From NCBI GenBank assembly GCA_965140705.1, contig OZ223302.1:608001-672000 (forward strand): a stretch of 64,000 bases of DNA, in the 5' to 3' direction. The notes beneath the pieces were generated by a model. The model was not told where the DNA came from. It worked only from the letters and a program-made list of their open reading frames with translations, and did no database searches. Position numbers and translations under genes: made by a program. Below, piece by piece: positions 17,409-26,959 of this stretch. Each line of letters begins with the position of its first letter. Position 1 is the stretch's first letter. The DNA comes from an uncultured Arcobacter sp. Lineage in GTDB: Bacteria > Campylobacterota > Campylobacteria > Campylobacterales > Arcobacteraceae.

Positions 17409-18440
17409 ATGTTTTTAGACAAATTAATTGGATTCTTTTCTAATGATATGGCTATCGACCTTGGTACTGCTAATACTATCGTTTCTGTAAAAGGAAAAGG
17501 TATTATTATCAATGAGCCATCAGTTGTTGCCGTTCAACATGATAAGTATGGAAAAGATAAAATATTAGCAGTAGGTGTTGAAGCTAAACAAATGATAGGT
17601 AAAACACCTTTGAATATTCAAGCTGTTCGACCGATGAGAGATGGAGTTATTGCAGACTTTGAAATGACAGAGAGAATGATTAGATATTTTATCGAAAGAG
17701 CTCACTCAAGAAAATCTTTCATAAGACCTAGAATCATCATTTGTATTCCATATGGAATTACTCAAGTTGAAAGAAAAGCTGTAAGAGAATCAGCATTAAG
17801 TGCAGGGGCAAGAGAAGTATTCTTAGTGGAAGAACCAATGGCAGCTGCAATTGGAGCTGGAATTCCTGTTTCTGATCCTTCTGGTTATGTTGTTGTAGAT
17901 ATTGGGGGAGGTACAACTGAAATTGGTGTTACTTCACTTGGTGGACTAGTTCTATCTAAATCAATTAAAACAGCTGGTGACAGATGTGATAAAGCGATTA
18001 TGGATTATGTTAGACAAAACTACAACTTATATATTGGTGAGAGAACTGCTGAAACTATCAAAATAGAAATAGGAACTGCTGTTAAACTTGACCAAGAGTT
18101 AAAAATAAGAGTAAAAGGTAGAGATAACTCTGGTCTTTTATCTACTATTGAATTAGGTTCTGAAGGTGTTAGAACAGCAATTAAAGAACCACTTAGAGAG
18201 ATTGTTGCTGCTGTAAGAAGTGTATTGGAAGATATGCCACCTGATTTAGCAGGTGATGTTGTTGACAATGGTGTTACACTAACAGGTGGTGGAGCACTTA
18301 TTCGTGGTTTAGATACATATTTAGCTGACATTATTAAATTACCAGTTAGAGTTGCTGATGAGCCACTTTTAGCTGTTGCTTACGGTACAAGTAAAGTATT
18401 AGATGAGGAAGCTTTATTAAGATTAATTTCTAATGAATAA
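17409..18440 (+). CDS. mreB: Rod shape-determining protein MreB
   Basis: AIDLGTANT, DIGGGTT and TGGGAL. Confidence 0.98.
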   Translation: MFLDKLIGFFSNDMAIDLGTANTIVSVKGKGIIINEPSVVAVQHDKYGKDKILAVGVEAKQMIGKTPLNIQAVRPMRDGVIADFEMTERMIRYFIERAHSRKSFIRPRIIICIPYGITQVERKAVRESALSAGAREVFLVEEPMAAAIGAGIPVSDPSGYVVVDIGGGTTEIGVTSLGGLVLSKSIKTAGDRCDKAIMDYVRQNYNLYIGERTAETIKIEIGTAVKLDQELKIRVKGRDNSGLLSTIELGSEGVRTAIKEPLREIVAAVRSVLEDMPPDLAGDVVDNGVTLTGGGALIRGLDTYLADIIKLPVRVADEPLLAVAYGTSKVLDEEALLRLISNE

Positions 18441-19203
18441 ACTACTCTTCGTTCTCCTTTTTATAATAATGGTTGGTCTATACATTTTCAATGTAGACCA
18501 ATCATTATCTTCAAAATTTATTTTTATCAATAAGATAAAAGATTACTACACAGAAAAACTTGTAATTGTTGAAAAAACTTTAACAAAATACTTTTTTCAA
18601 GCCCAAACCATAGAAGACCTTACACTAGAAAATCAAGATTTAAAAAAATTCAGATTACTTTATGCGGAGAAAAGTTTAGAGCTCACTCATATAAAAGATG
18701 CCCATGTGGATTTAAAAAACTACAAAGCTGATTTAAGACTCGCACAAGTACTATCATATGTTGAATTTGATGACTTTACAAAAGTATGGCTAGATGCAAA
18801 AAAAACAGACTCTAAAATAGAAGGATTAATTTCTGAAAATTATGCAGCTGGAATAGTTGTAAATAAAAATAATCAAGCACTAGCTTTATTAAATGGAAAT
18901 GAAAAAAGTAATTATGCGGTTTATATTGGTGAAAATAAAGCACCGGGAATTACTCATGGTAAAGCAAATTCAAATATCCTTTTAGCAAAATTCATTCCAA
19001 TTTGGATAAATATAAAAATAGGAGATGAAGTAATAACTTCTGGCATGGATAATATCTTTTTTGAAGGTTTAAAAGTGGGTAAAGTAATAGCTATCAAAAA
19101 AATGGCAGATATGCAAGAAGCTCAAATAGAACCTTACATTAATGCGCTTAATCAGAATTTCTTCTATATATATTCAAAAAAATCACAAAAAAAAACTAAA
19201 TAA
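18433..19203 (+). CDS. mreC: Rod shape-determining protein MreC
   Basis: N-terminal TM and coiled coil, GDEVITSG; overlaps the mreB stop. Confidence 0.9.
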   Translation: MNKLLFVLLFIIMVGLYIFNVDQSLSSKFIFINKIKDYYTEKLVIVEKTLTKYFFQAQTIEDLTLENQDLKKFRLLYAEKSLELTHIKDAHVDLKNYKADLRLAQVLSYVEFDDFTKVWLDAKKTDSKIEGLISENYAAGIVVNKNNQALALLNGNEKSNYAVYIGENKAPGITHGKANSNILLAKFIPIWINIKIGDEVITSGMDNIFFEGLKVGKVIAIKKMADMQEAQIEPYINALNQNFFYIYSKKSQKKTK

Positions 19204-19260
19204 TTTTATTAAGTCTTCAGTAAGTATCTTTATGATTAAATTTATTTATAAAGGATTCTT

Positions 19261-21270
19261 ATGTCGACTACACTTATTAATGATTTATCAATTCTATATG
19301 TTGAAGATGATGAAACTGTTAGGGAATCACTTTCATCTACTTTAAAACTTCTAGCAAAAAAAATTTATCCAGCTAGTGATGGACTTCAAGCACTAGAAAT
19401 AGTAAAAAATCAAAAAATTGATTTAGTTATAACAGATATAAAAATGCCAAAATTAGATGGACTTGAACTATCAAAAAAGATACAAGAATTAGATTTAAAT
19501 ATACCAATTCTAATCACAACCGCACATGATGAAATAGATTACTTACATAAAGCAATAGAGTTAAATATTGATGCTTTTATCACAAAACCATTAAATATAT
19601 CTTCTTTAATACAATCAATTACAAAATTAGCAAAAATCATATCAACAAAAAAAGAGTTAGAGAAAAAGAAACAGCAGCTTGAACAATTCAAAAAAGCAGT
19701 TAATTTCTCAAATTTGATACTTGATATTTCACAAGAGGGTGAGATATTAAGTATCTCTACAGAAAATTCAATAGAATTTGATTTATTTAATCCAGATAAA
19801 ATAAAAATAACAAATATAAAAGAGTGTATAAGTGATGAAAACTTTTTACATATTTTAGAAAGTGTTAATGACTTAAATATATTTCATAAAAACTTATCTT
19901 TAAAAATAAATGAAGAACAATATACTGTAAATATAACTGCATTTGCAAATGAATATGAAGATGATGTAAAAACGATAAATCTTATTCTCAAAGATTTAAC
20001 AAAAACATTAAAGAAAAAAGATGAAATAATAGAAAGCCTCTATATTGATCAAAGTACAAATTTAAAAAATAAATTTGCTTTATATAAAAGAATAAATGAA
20101 CTTTCTACTAGTGATTTGATGCTTTGTATAATTGATTTAGATGATTTTAGAAAACTTACAAAACTATATGGATATAAAATGGGAGATGAAATTTTAAAAA
20201 TCGTTTCCCAAAAAATATTAAAAATCATAAATGTAGAACAAAAAGATGGGCTTTTATTTGAATTATATAAATTAGAAGCTGATAAATTTGTGCTTTTAGT
20301 TTTACCAAAAAAACCTTTAAAAGAAGAAGGTGTTAATGCAATTATAAGTAATTTAATAGATAAATTAGAAGATAGTTCATTTGAAATAGAAGAGAATGTA
20401 TCTTTAGATATATCTTTTACTTTTGGCATTGCATATAATGAAGATGATGATATTTTAACAGAAGCTTTAATTGCAAAAGATGTAGCAAGAGAATCCAAAA
20501 AAGACTTTGTTATTTATAATAAAATTAAAGGAATAAAAAATATCTTTGCTAGAAATCTACAGTTACAAAAAAAGATAAAAAAAGCTTTTGATGAAGATAA
20601 AATTGTTCCTTATTTTCAGCCAATAGTAGACAAAGACAAAAATATAGTGAAATATGAAGCATTAGCTAGAATAATTGACACAGAAGAGAATAGAGTGTTA
20701 ACTCCTTTTTTCTTTTTAGACCAAGTAAAAGCTTCGAAAAACTACTCTAAATTTACAAAAACAATTATAGAAAAATCTTTGAAATGCACAAATGTTTTAC
20801 AAAAAGAGATTTCTATAAATCTATCTTTTGAAGATATCTCAAATCCTGAAATCATACTTTTTCTAGAAGAAAAACTATTAAAATATAGTTCTATTATAAC
20901 CATAGAATTATTGGAAAGTGAAGGATTAAAAGATATAGAAAAGACTATTAATTTTTGTAACTTAATGAAAGACTATGGGGCAAAGATTGCTATTGATGAT
21001 TTTGGAGCAGGATATTCAAATTTTGAGTATTTTTTTACTCTACCAATAGATAAAATAAAAATAGATGGAAGCTTAATAAAAAAGGTAAATGAATACAAAG
21101 GATATGTTTTAGTAGAGTCTATAGTTGATTTCTGCAAAAAACTAAATATCAAAGTTGTTGCTGAATTTGTAGAAGATGAGAAAACTTTTGAAACTCTCAA
21201 AAGCCTTGGTGTTGATTGGTTTCAAGGGTACTATTTTAGTAAACCAAAGCCTATAGAGGATTTTAAATAG
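19261..21270 (+). CDS. Response regulator with REC, degenerate GGDEF and EAL domains (likely c-di-GMP phosphodiesterase)
   Basis: REC motifs YVEDD, TDIKMP and KP; GGDEF site reads EADKF; EAL motifs PYFQPI, YEALAR, IDDFGAGYS, KIDGS, AEFVE and QGYYF. Confidence 0.92.
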   Translation: MSTTLINDLSILYVEDDETVRESLSSTLKLLAKKIYPASDGLQALEIVKNQKIDLVITDIKMPKLDGLELSKKIQELDLNIPILITTAHDEIDYLHKAIELNIDAFITKPLNISSLIQSITKLAKIISTKKELEKKKQQLEQFKKAVNFSNLILDISQEGEILSISTENSIEFDLFNPDKIKITNIKECISDENFLHILESVNDLNIFHKNLSLKINEEQYTVNITAFANEYEDDVKTINLILKDLTKTLKKKDEIIESLYIDQSTNLKNKFALYKRINELSTSDLMLCIIDLDDFRKLTKLYGYKMGDEILKIVSQKILKIINVEQKDGLLFELYKLEADKFVLLVLPKKPLKEEGVNAIISNLIDKLEDSSFEIEENVSLDISFTFGIAYNEDDDILTEALIAKDVARESKKDFVIYNKIKGIKNIFARNLQLQKKIKKAFDEDKIVPYFQPIVDKDKNIVKYEALARIIDTEENRVLTPFFFLDQVKASKNYSKFTKTIIEKSLKCTNVLQKEISINLSFEDISNPEIILFLEEKLLKYSSIITIELLESEGLKDIEKTINFCNLMKDYGAKIAIDDFGAGYSNFEYFFTLPIDKIKIDGSLIKKVNEYKGYVLVESIVDFCKKLNIKVVAEFVEDEKTFETLKSLGVDWFQGYYFSKPKPIEDFK

Positions 21271-22964
21271 TGGAACAAATAAAAAAAGAAAACTATCTAA
21301 AAAAGTTTAGTATATTATTTATCTTATCAGCTGTATCTTTTACTATTTTAATACTATGTTTTGCACTATATGAAATCGTAAAGTATAGAGAAATCCTTTA
21401 TAAAGAAAAAGCACAACATGAATATTCACAAAAAACAAATACTATAAACAAATACTATAAAAACTATAAACAACTTTTAAAATCTATAAAAACAAACTCT
21501 TTATTTATAACTTATATAAAAGACCCCTCTAAAGAGAATCTAAAAAACTCTATATCCCTTTTTGAAAGTTTTATATCTTATGATAAAAACATAACACAAT
21601 TAAGATATATCGATATAAATGGTCAAGAACAAATAAGAATTGATAGGCCTAATATATCTAGTGATTATAAAATCATAAAAAATCATGATTTACAAAATAA
21701 AGAACATAGAGATTATTTTGAAAAAAGTATCAAACTAGTAAAAGGTGAAGTTTATACCTCAAAAATCGATTTAAATATAGAAAATAAAAAAATAGAAATT
21801 CCTTATAAACCAGTTTTAAGATTTGCAGTACCTATTTTTGAAGGGAATAAAAGAGTTGGTATCCTCATAATAAATATTTTTGCAGAAGAATTATTAGACA
21901 TTATAAAAGAATCAAAAGATTTTGATATAACTATTTACGACCAAGATAAAGAAGTTTTAGTATCTAATAATAACTTACAAAATGAATGGACAAGGTATTT
22001 AAAAAAAGCAAAAGTAATAAATAAAAATTCTATTATTTTTGAAGATTTATTAATAAAAAGTTCTGATTATGAGAACTTGTTTATAGCTTTTTCTTCAAAA
22101 AGTTGGCTCAATAGATTTTTGGCTTTTTTTGACTATAAAATCTTTTTATTATTTGCCTTAGTTATATTCATAGCTTTTCTTTCAGCTTATTATTTAGCTA
22201 AGATTCCAAAAAATCTTTTTAATAGAATTACTTCTCAACAAGAAATACTAATCCAACAATCAAAAACATCTGCAATGGGAGAGATGATAGCAATACTTGC
22301 TCACCAATGGAGACAGCCTTTAAATCAAATCTCTGTTTTAATACAAGAAATAGAATTCAAAAAGAAATTAAATCTTTTAAGTGATGAAGAGTTCGAAACA
22401 ATTTCAAACAAAATAAAAAACAGTCTGTCTTATATGTCTCATACAATAAATGACTTTAGAGATTTTTTAAAACCCTCAAAAGAAAAAAACAAATTTAATA
22501 TTTTAGATGCAATAAAAAATACTATTACCTTAATTGATGCAAAATTTTTAAATGATTATGTATCGTGTGAGATTATAAATAGTTCTAAAAATTCAATCAA
22601 TGAATATACTATAACTTCTTATGAAAATGAGTTTAAACATGTAATAATAAATATCTTAAATAATTCAATAGATGCATTAAAAATGAGTAATGAAGATAAT
22701 GATAAAAAAATTATAATAGAGTTATCTAGCAAAAAGAATATTATAAACATAAAAATTTCTGACAATGGAGGTGGAATAGAAGATTCTATAAAAGATAAAA
22801 TCTTCGAACCTTACAAATCAACAAAAGAGGCACAACAAGGGACTGGACTAGGGCTTTATATGTCTAAATTAATTATTGAAAATAACTTTCGTGGTAAAAT
22901 ATCTGCCAAAAATTTAGACAATAAAGCAGTCTTTACAATTACATTAAATAAAGACTTAATATGA
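21270..22964 (+). CDS. Membrane sensor histidine kinase (Cache periplasmic domain)
   Basis: Two TM segments, AHQWRQPLN H-box, NILNNSIDA, DNGGG and GTGLGL; GTG start overlaps the upstream TAG. Confidence 0.92.
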   Translation: MEQIKKENYLKKFSILFILSAVSFTILILCFALYEIVKYREILYKEKAQHEYSQKTNTINKYYKNYKQLLKSIKTNSLFITYIKDPSKENLKNSISLFESFISYDKNITQLRYIDINGQEQIRIDRPNISSDYKIIKNHDLQNKEHRDYFEKSIKLVKGEVYTSKIDLNIENKKIEIPYKPVLRFAVPIFEGNKRVGILIINIFAEELLDIIKESKDFDITIYDQDKEVLVSNNNLQNEWTRYLKKAKVINKNSIIFEDLLIKSSDYENLFIAFSSKSWLNRFLAFFDYKIFLLFALVIFIAFLSAYYLAKIPKNLFNRITSQQEILIQQSKTSAMGEMIAILAHQWRQPLNQISVLIQEIEFKKKLNLLSDEEFETISNKIKNSLSYMSHTINDFRDFLKPSKEKNKFNILDAIKNTITLIDAKFLNDYVSCEIINSSKNSINEYTITSYENEFKHVIINILNNSIDALKMSNEDNDKKIIIELSSKKNIINIKISDNGGGIEDSIKDKIFEPYKSTKEAQQGTGLGLYMSKLIIENNFRGKISAKNLDNKAVFTITLNKDLI

Positions 22965-23573
22965 TGCCATCAATTTATCAACTTGTCCCCAAGTTAAATC
23001 ATCACTTTTTTTATCTTTTTTAAACATATTGTAAATATATCTTGCAAACATATCTGTTTCTAAATTTACTTTTGAACCTATTTTGTAAGTTTTAAACAAA
23101 GTATTTTCAACAGTGTGGGGAATAATTGTAAGCCTAAAAGAGTCTTCCATCACTTCATTAACAGTTAAAGAAACCCCATCAATACTAACACTTCCCTTTG
23201 GAATAATATATTTTGAATACTCTTTTGGTAAAGAGATTATAAAATCAGTAGAATTTCCATTTTTCTTTATTGATTTTACAGTTCCTAGACAATCCACATG
23301 ACCTTGTACAATATGTCCTTCAAATCTATCACCCATCATCATAGCAGGCTCCATGTGAACCTTACCTTTATAGTTTTCCATAGCTAATATTTTTTGTGAC
23401 TCAGGAGAAAGTTCTACGCTAAATGTCCCACTTGCAACCCTAACAACTGTTAAACATGCTCCATTTATTGAGATAGAATCTCCAATCTTTGGTTCATACT
23501 TTGCTTTTAGTGTAAGTACATTTGATTTGAAACTTAAAACCTCAGCCATCTCTCTTATTAGTCCTGTGAACAT
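22956..23573 (-). CDS. ribE: Riboflavin synthase (alpha chain)
   Basis: MFTGL start, GDSISINGACLT, GHIVQGHVD and DGVSLT. Confidence 0.96.
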   Translation of the reverse strand: MFTGLIREMAEVLSFKSNVLTLKAKYEPKIGDSISINGACLTVVRVASGTFSVELSPESQKILAMENYKGKVHMEPAMMMGDRFEGHIVQGHVDCLGTVKSIKKNGNSTDFIISLPKEYSKYIIPKGSVSIDGVSLTVNEVMEDSFRLTIIPHTVENTLFKTYKIGSKVNLETDMFARYIYNMFKKDKKSDDLTWGQVDKLMASY

Positions 23574-23611
23574 ATTTTTCCTTTAAAATTGCTGTAAATC
23601 TTGAAATATTT

Positions 23612-23620
23612 GGTATAATA
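23612..23620 (+). promoter_or_regulatory. Probable extended -10 promoter (TGgTATAAT) for mnmG
   Basis: tggtataat at about 23611-23619, roughly 125 nt upstream of the mnmG ATG. Confidence 0.5.
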
Positions 23621-23745
23621 CCGAAAACTTATTGAGAAGCTAATTTTAAACTATTCTAATTTTTTAACCTAACTTTCAAACACTTTTCAATATAAACAAA
23701 AAAAGACAGAGATACATTAGACAATTGTATACTTATGGAGATGAA

Positions 23746-25638
23746 ATGAAATATGATGTAATCGTAGTTGGTGGAGGACATGCTGGAATTGAAGCTTCAC
23801 TAGCAAGTGCAAGAATGGGTAAAAAAACTCTTCTTGTAACTATGCTAGTAGAACAAATCGGAGCAGCAAGTTGTAACCCCGCTATTGGAGGATTGGCAAA
23901 AGGACATTTAGTAAGAGAACTAGATGCTCTTGGTGGAGAAATGGGACTTTGTACAGATAGTGCAGGTATTCAATTTAGAATACTAAATGCAAGTAAAGGT
24001 GCAGCAGTTCAAGGAAGTCGTGCACAAATTGACATGGATAGATATAGAACTTACATGAGAAAAGTTTGTCACAATACAGAAAACCTAGAAATCTATCAAG
24101 ATGAAGTAAGTTCTCTTTTGACAAAAGATGAAAATGGTCTTGAAGTTTGTGGTGTAAAAACAAAACTTGGTGAAGAGTTTGAAGCTAAAAAAGTAATTCT
24201 TACAACTGGAACATTTATGAAAGGTCTTATTCATATAGGAACTTCAACATATGATGCAGGAAGAGCTTGGGAATTACCCTCTTCTACTTTATCAACACAG
24301 TTAAAAGAGCTTGGACTAAATGTTGGAAGACTAAAAACAGGAACACCTGCAAGAATTGATGCAAAATCAATAGACTTTTCAAAAATGGAAGAGCATGGAG
24401 GAGATGAAAAACCAACTCCTTTTTCATTTAGAACAGATAAGTCAACTTTTAACCCAAAACAACACCCATGTTATATCACATACACAAACTTGGGAACCCA
24501 TGGGAAAATAACTAGTAACTTCCATAGAGCACCTTTATTTACAGGACAAATCAAAGGAAGTGGACCTAGATACTGTCCAAGTATTGAAGATAAGGTAAAT
24601 AGATTTTCTGAGAGAGATAGACATCAACTATTTTTAGAACCTCAAACTGCTATGTGTACAGAATACTATATCAATGGACTTAGTACTTCTATGCCAATTG
24701 ATGTTCAAAAAGAGATGATACACTCAATAGCTGGTTTAGAAAATGCTAAAATAGTAAGATATGGATATGCCATAGAGTATGATTATGTTGATCCAACAGA
24801 ACTAAAACATACACTTGAAACTAAAAAAATAAAAAATCTATATCATGCTGGACAAATCAATGCCACTACAGGATATGAAGAAGCAGCTTCTCAAGGTTTA
24901 ATGGCAGGGATTAATGCATGTTTAGCAATTGATGGGAAAGAGCCTTTAATACTAAGAAGAGATGAAGCATATATTGGTGTTTTGATTGATGATTTAGTTA
25001 CAAAAGGAACATCAGAACCATATAGAATGTTTACAAGCCGAGCTGAGTATAGACTACTTCTAAGAGAAGAAGGAGCAGATATAAGACTTAGCCATTATGG
25101 CCATGACATTGGACTTATAAATGATGAGACTATTCAAAAAGTTGAATATAAAGAAAAATGTATAAAAGAAGCAATTGATTTTATGAAAGAAGAGTGGTTT
25201 ACTTCTAAAAAAGAGAATCTAGAACTTTTAGAAAAACTTGGACAAGATAAAATCAAAGATAGAGTTCTATTAGTTGATATAGTTGGAAGAAATGGTGTTA
25301 CAACTGAACATTTAGATGAATTATGCCCTCAATTTAAAGAGTTAAGTGAGTATATAAAAGAGCAAATAATCATCGAAGCAAAATATTATAGATATGTTGA
25401 AAAACAACAAAAACAAATAGAAAAAATGAAAAAAATGATTCAATTAAAGATACCAGAAGATTTTGATTATAAAGAAATCCCTGGACTTTCAAATGAAGCA
25501 ATCGAAAAGCTAGAAAAATTCAGACCACCAACACTTTTTAATGCAGGAGAAATTTCAGGAATAACACCAGCTGCGGTTGATGTTATACATTTGTATATAA
25601 ATTTACAAAATAAAACAGTAAAAACTGCTAGTGCATAA
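23746..25638 (+). CDS. mnmG: tRNA uridine-5-carboxymethylaminomethyl modification enzyme MnmG/GidA
   Basis: [25 protein letters not shown] and GYEEAA. Start moved from the ORF-track TTG at 23725 to ATG 23746 behind GGAG. Confidence 0.97.
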   Translation: MKYDVIVVGGGHAGIEASLASARMGKKTLLVTMLVEQIGAASCNPAIGGLAKGHLVRELDALGGEMGLCTDSAGIQFRILNASKGAAVQGSRAQIDMDRYRTYMRKVCHNTENLEIYQDEVSSLLTKDENGLEVCGVKTKLGEEFEAKKVILTTGTFMKGLIHIGTSTYDAGRAWELPSSTLSTQLKELGLNVGRLKTGTPARIDAKSIDFSKMEEHGGDEKPTPFSFRTDKSTFNPKQHPCYITYTNLGTHGKITSNFHRAPLFTGQIKGSGPRYCPSIEDKVNRFSERDRHQLFLEPQTAMCTEYYINGLSTSMPIDVQKEMIHSIAGLENAKIVRYGYAIEYDYVDPTELKHTLETKKIKNLYHAGQINATTGYEEAASQGLMAGINACLAIDGKEPLILRRDEAYIGVLIDDLVTKGTSEPYRMFTSRAEYRLLLREEGADIRLSHYGHDIGLINDETIQKVEYKEKCIKEAIDFMKEEWFTSKKENLELLEKLGQDKIKDRVLLVDIVGRNGVTTEHLDELCPQFKELSEYIKEQIIIEAKYYRYVEKQQKQIEKMKKMIQLKIPEDFDYKEIPGLSNEAIEKLEKFRPPTLFNAGEISGITPAAVDVIHLYINLQNKTVKTASA

Positions 25639-25663
25639 AAACAAAACTCATCATCTTATTTCT

Positions 25664-25697
25664 AAAGGCTAAGTTCAAAAGAACTTAGCCTTTTTTT
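25664..25697. terminator. Intrinsic (probably bidirectional) terminator after mnmG
   Basis: AAAGGCTAAGTTC-AAAA-GAACTTAGCCTTT followed by a T-run; overlaps the stop of the convergent gene. Confidence 0.85.
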
Positions 25698-26116
25698 CTA
25701 TTTTTAAATAAAATAATAACTCCAAATATTCCTAAAAGAAATCCAAGAACACTCAATATTTTCAGATATCTATCATATGGTACTTTTTCATATGATTTTA
25801 CTTTAAAATTTTTATCAATATTGATTTTGAAATCTTTAAGATGTGGTCCATGATTGCTTGGCACATTTATTTTAACTCTCCATTCACCATAAGAATCAGG
25901 CATAAAAGCAAAATTCCCATTTACATCTGTTTTACCTTTTGTAAAAGGAAGAGATCCTTCTGGTGCATATATAGTAATAGTTGCATTGCTTATAGCTATA
26001 TTATTTGGTGCAGTTACTCTTATTCCTATTGCACCATCAACTACTTCATAAAAAACCCCATGTGCAAAAAGTGAAATATTTAATAAAATTGCACCTAAAA
26101 ATATTTTCAAATTCAT
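25685..26116 (-). CDS. Exported protein resembling NikL/CbiL (Ni/Co ECF transporter accessory component)
   Basis: Signal peptide ending A-HG, GKTDVNGNFAFMPDSYGEW, C-terminal TM helix. Confidence 0.6.
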   Translation of the reverse strand: MNLKIFLGAILLNISLFAHGVFYEVVDGAIGIRVTAPNNIAISNATITIYAPEGSLPFTKGKTDVNGNFAFMPDSYGEWRVKINVPSNHGPHLKDFKINIDKNFKVKSYEKVPYDRYLKILSVLGFLLGIFGVIILFKNRKKG

Positions 26117-26117
26117 A

Positions 26118-26810
26118 TTATTTTACTTCAAAAGAGATACTACTTTGTAAAGTAATATCATTTACATTAGCATCATTTATTTGTCCACCATAATAAACTG
26201 CTGCAATTATTTGTAGGCCTTTATTTTTTATAGGAACATTGGCTATTCCAAATTTATTTGTTTTGATATTTAGGTTTTCATAATCAGAAGTTTCAATACC
26301 TGCATTTGCAAAAGCTTTCCCATCTTTTATTACAAGAATAGGTAGAGTTTGACCTGCTTTAACTTTAAGTGGATTAATCAATGGAATTACTTCTATTTTT
26401 AATCCAATTGGTTGTAAAAACTTTTCACTCCAGTCAAAATATCTTTTTCCATATTTTATACTTTTTAAACTTCCGTAAACTATTCCTTTGTATTTAGAAG
26501 GGTCTTTGATATTCTTAAATCCATCTTCTCCTTCTACCCAATATCCAGCATCAAATGTAAGTGCAATCATTGATGGCTTTTTAGCTGTTAAAAGCGTACC
26601 CTCTTTTGAATAATCAATACCAGTTTTGATTTTATGATTATTTATATCATAAGCAGTTGCACCTTTAAGTTGTTTTGGTGCAAATTTTTGAAAATGACCA
26701 TGAGCCCAAAATTCAGCTTTGTAAGTGTTGTTCGGTCCTTTTTTTGCAGTGATTTGATGTGCAAATATAGATGTTGCAACAAATAATAATGTAATTGTTA
26801 ATTTTTTCAT
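26118..26810 (-). CDS. DUF4198-family periplasmic protein (NikK-like)
   Basis: Signal peptide ending A-H, WAHGH, PIGLKIEVIPLINPL and KTNKFGIA. Confidence 0.75.
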   Translation of the reverse strand: MKKLTITLLFVATSIFAHQITAKKGPNNTYKAEFWAHGHFQKFAPKQLKGATAYDINNHKIKTGIDYSKEGTLLTAKKPSMIALTFDAGYWVEGEDGFKNIKDPSKYKGIVYGSLKSIKYGKRYFDWSEKFLQPIGLKIEVIPLINPLKVKAGQTLPILVIKDGKAFANAGIETSDYENLNIKTNKFGIANVPIKNKGLQIIAAVYYGGQINDANVNDITLQSSISFEVK

Positions 26811-26903
26811 TTATCTCCCTTTATTTAAGTAAAGAGATTGTAAAGCAATTATAATAAACAACTTATAATAATTTTATACGCTTGTGTATTTTTAGCACAA
26901 ACT

Positions 26904-26942
26904 AAAAAAGACTAAGTCAAGATAAATGAGCCTAGTCTTTTT
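26904..26942 (-). terminator. Intrinsic terminator downstream of the MCP gene
   Basis: Minus strand reads AAAAAGACTAGGCTC-N9-GACTTAGTCTTTTTT, with G-U pairs in the transcribed orientation. Confidence 0.75.
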
Positions 26943-26959
26943 ATTTTTAGATATTTATA

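Noticed and set aside
18433..19260. No mreD after mreC
   Set aside because: Usual arrangement in this phylum.
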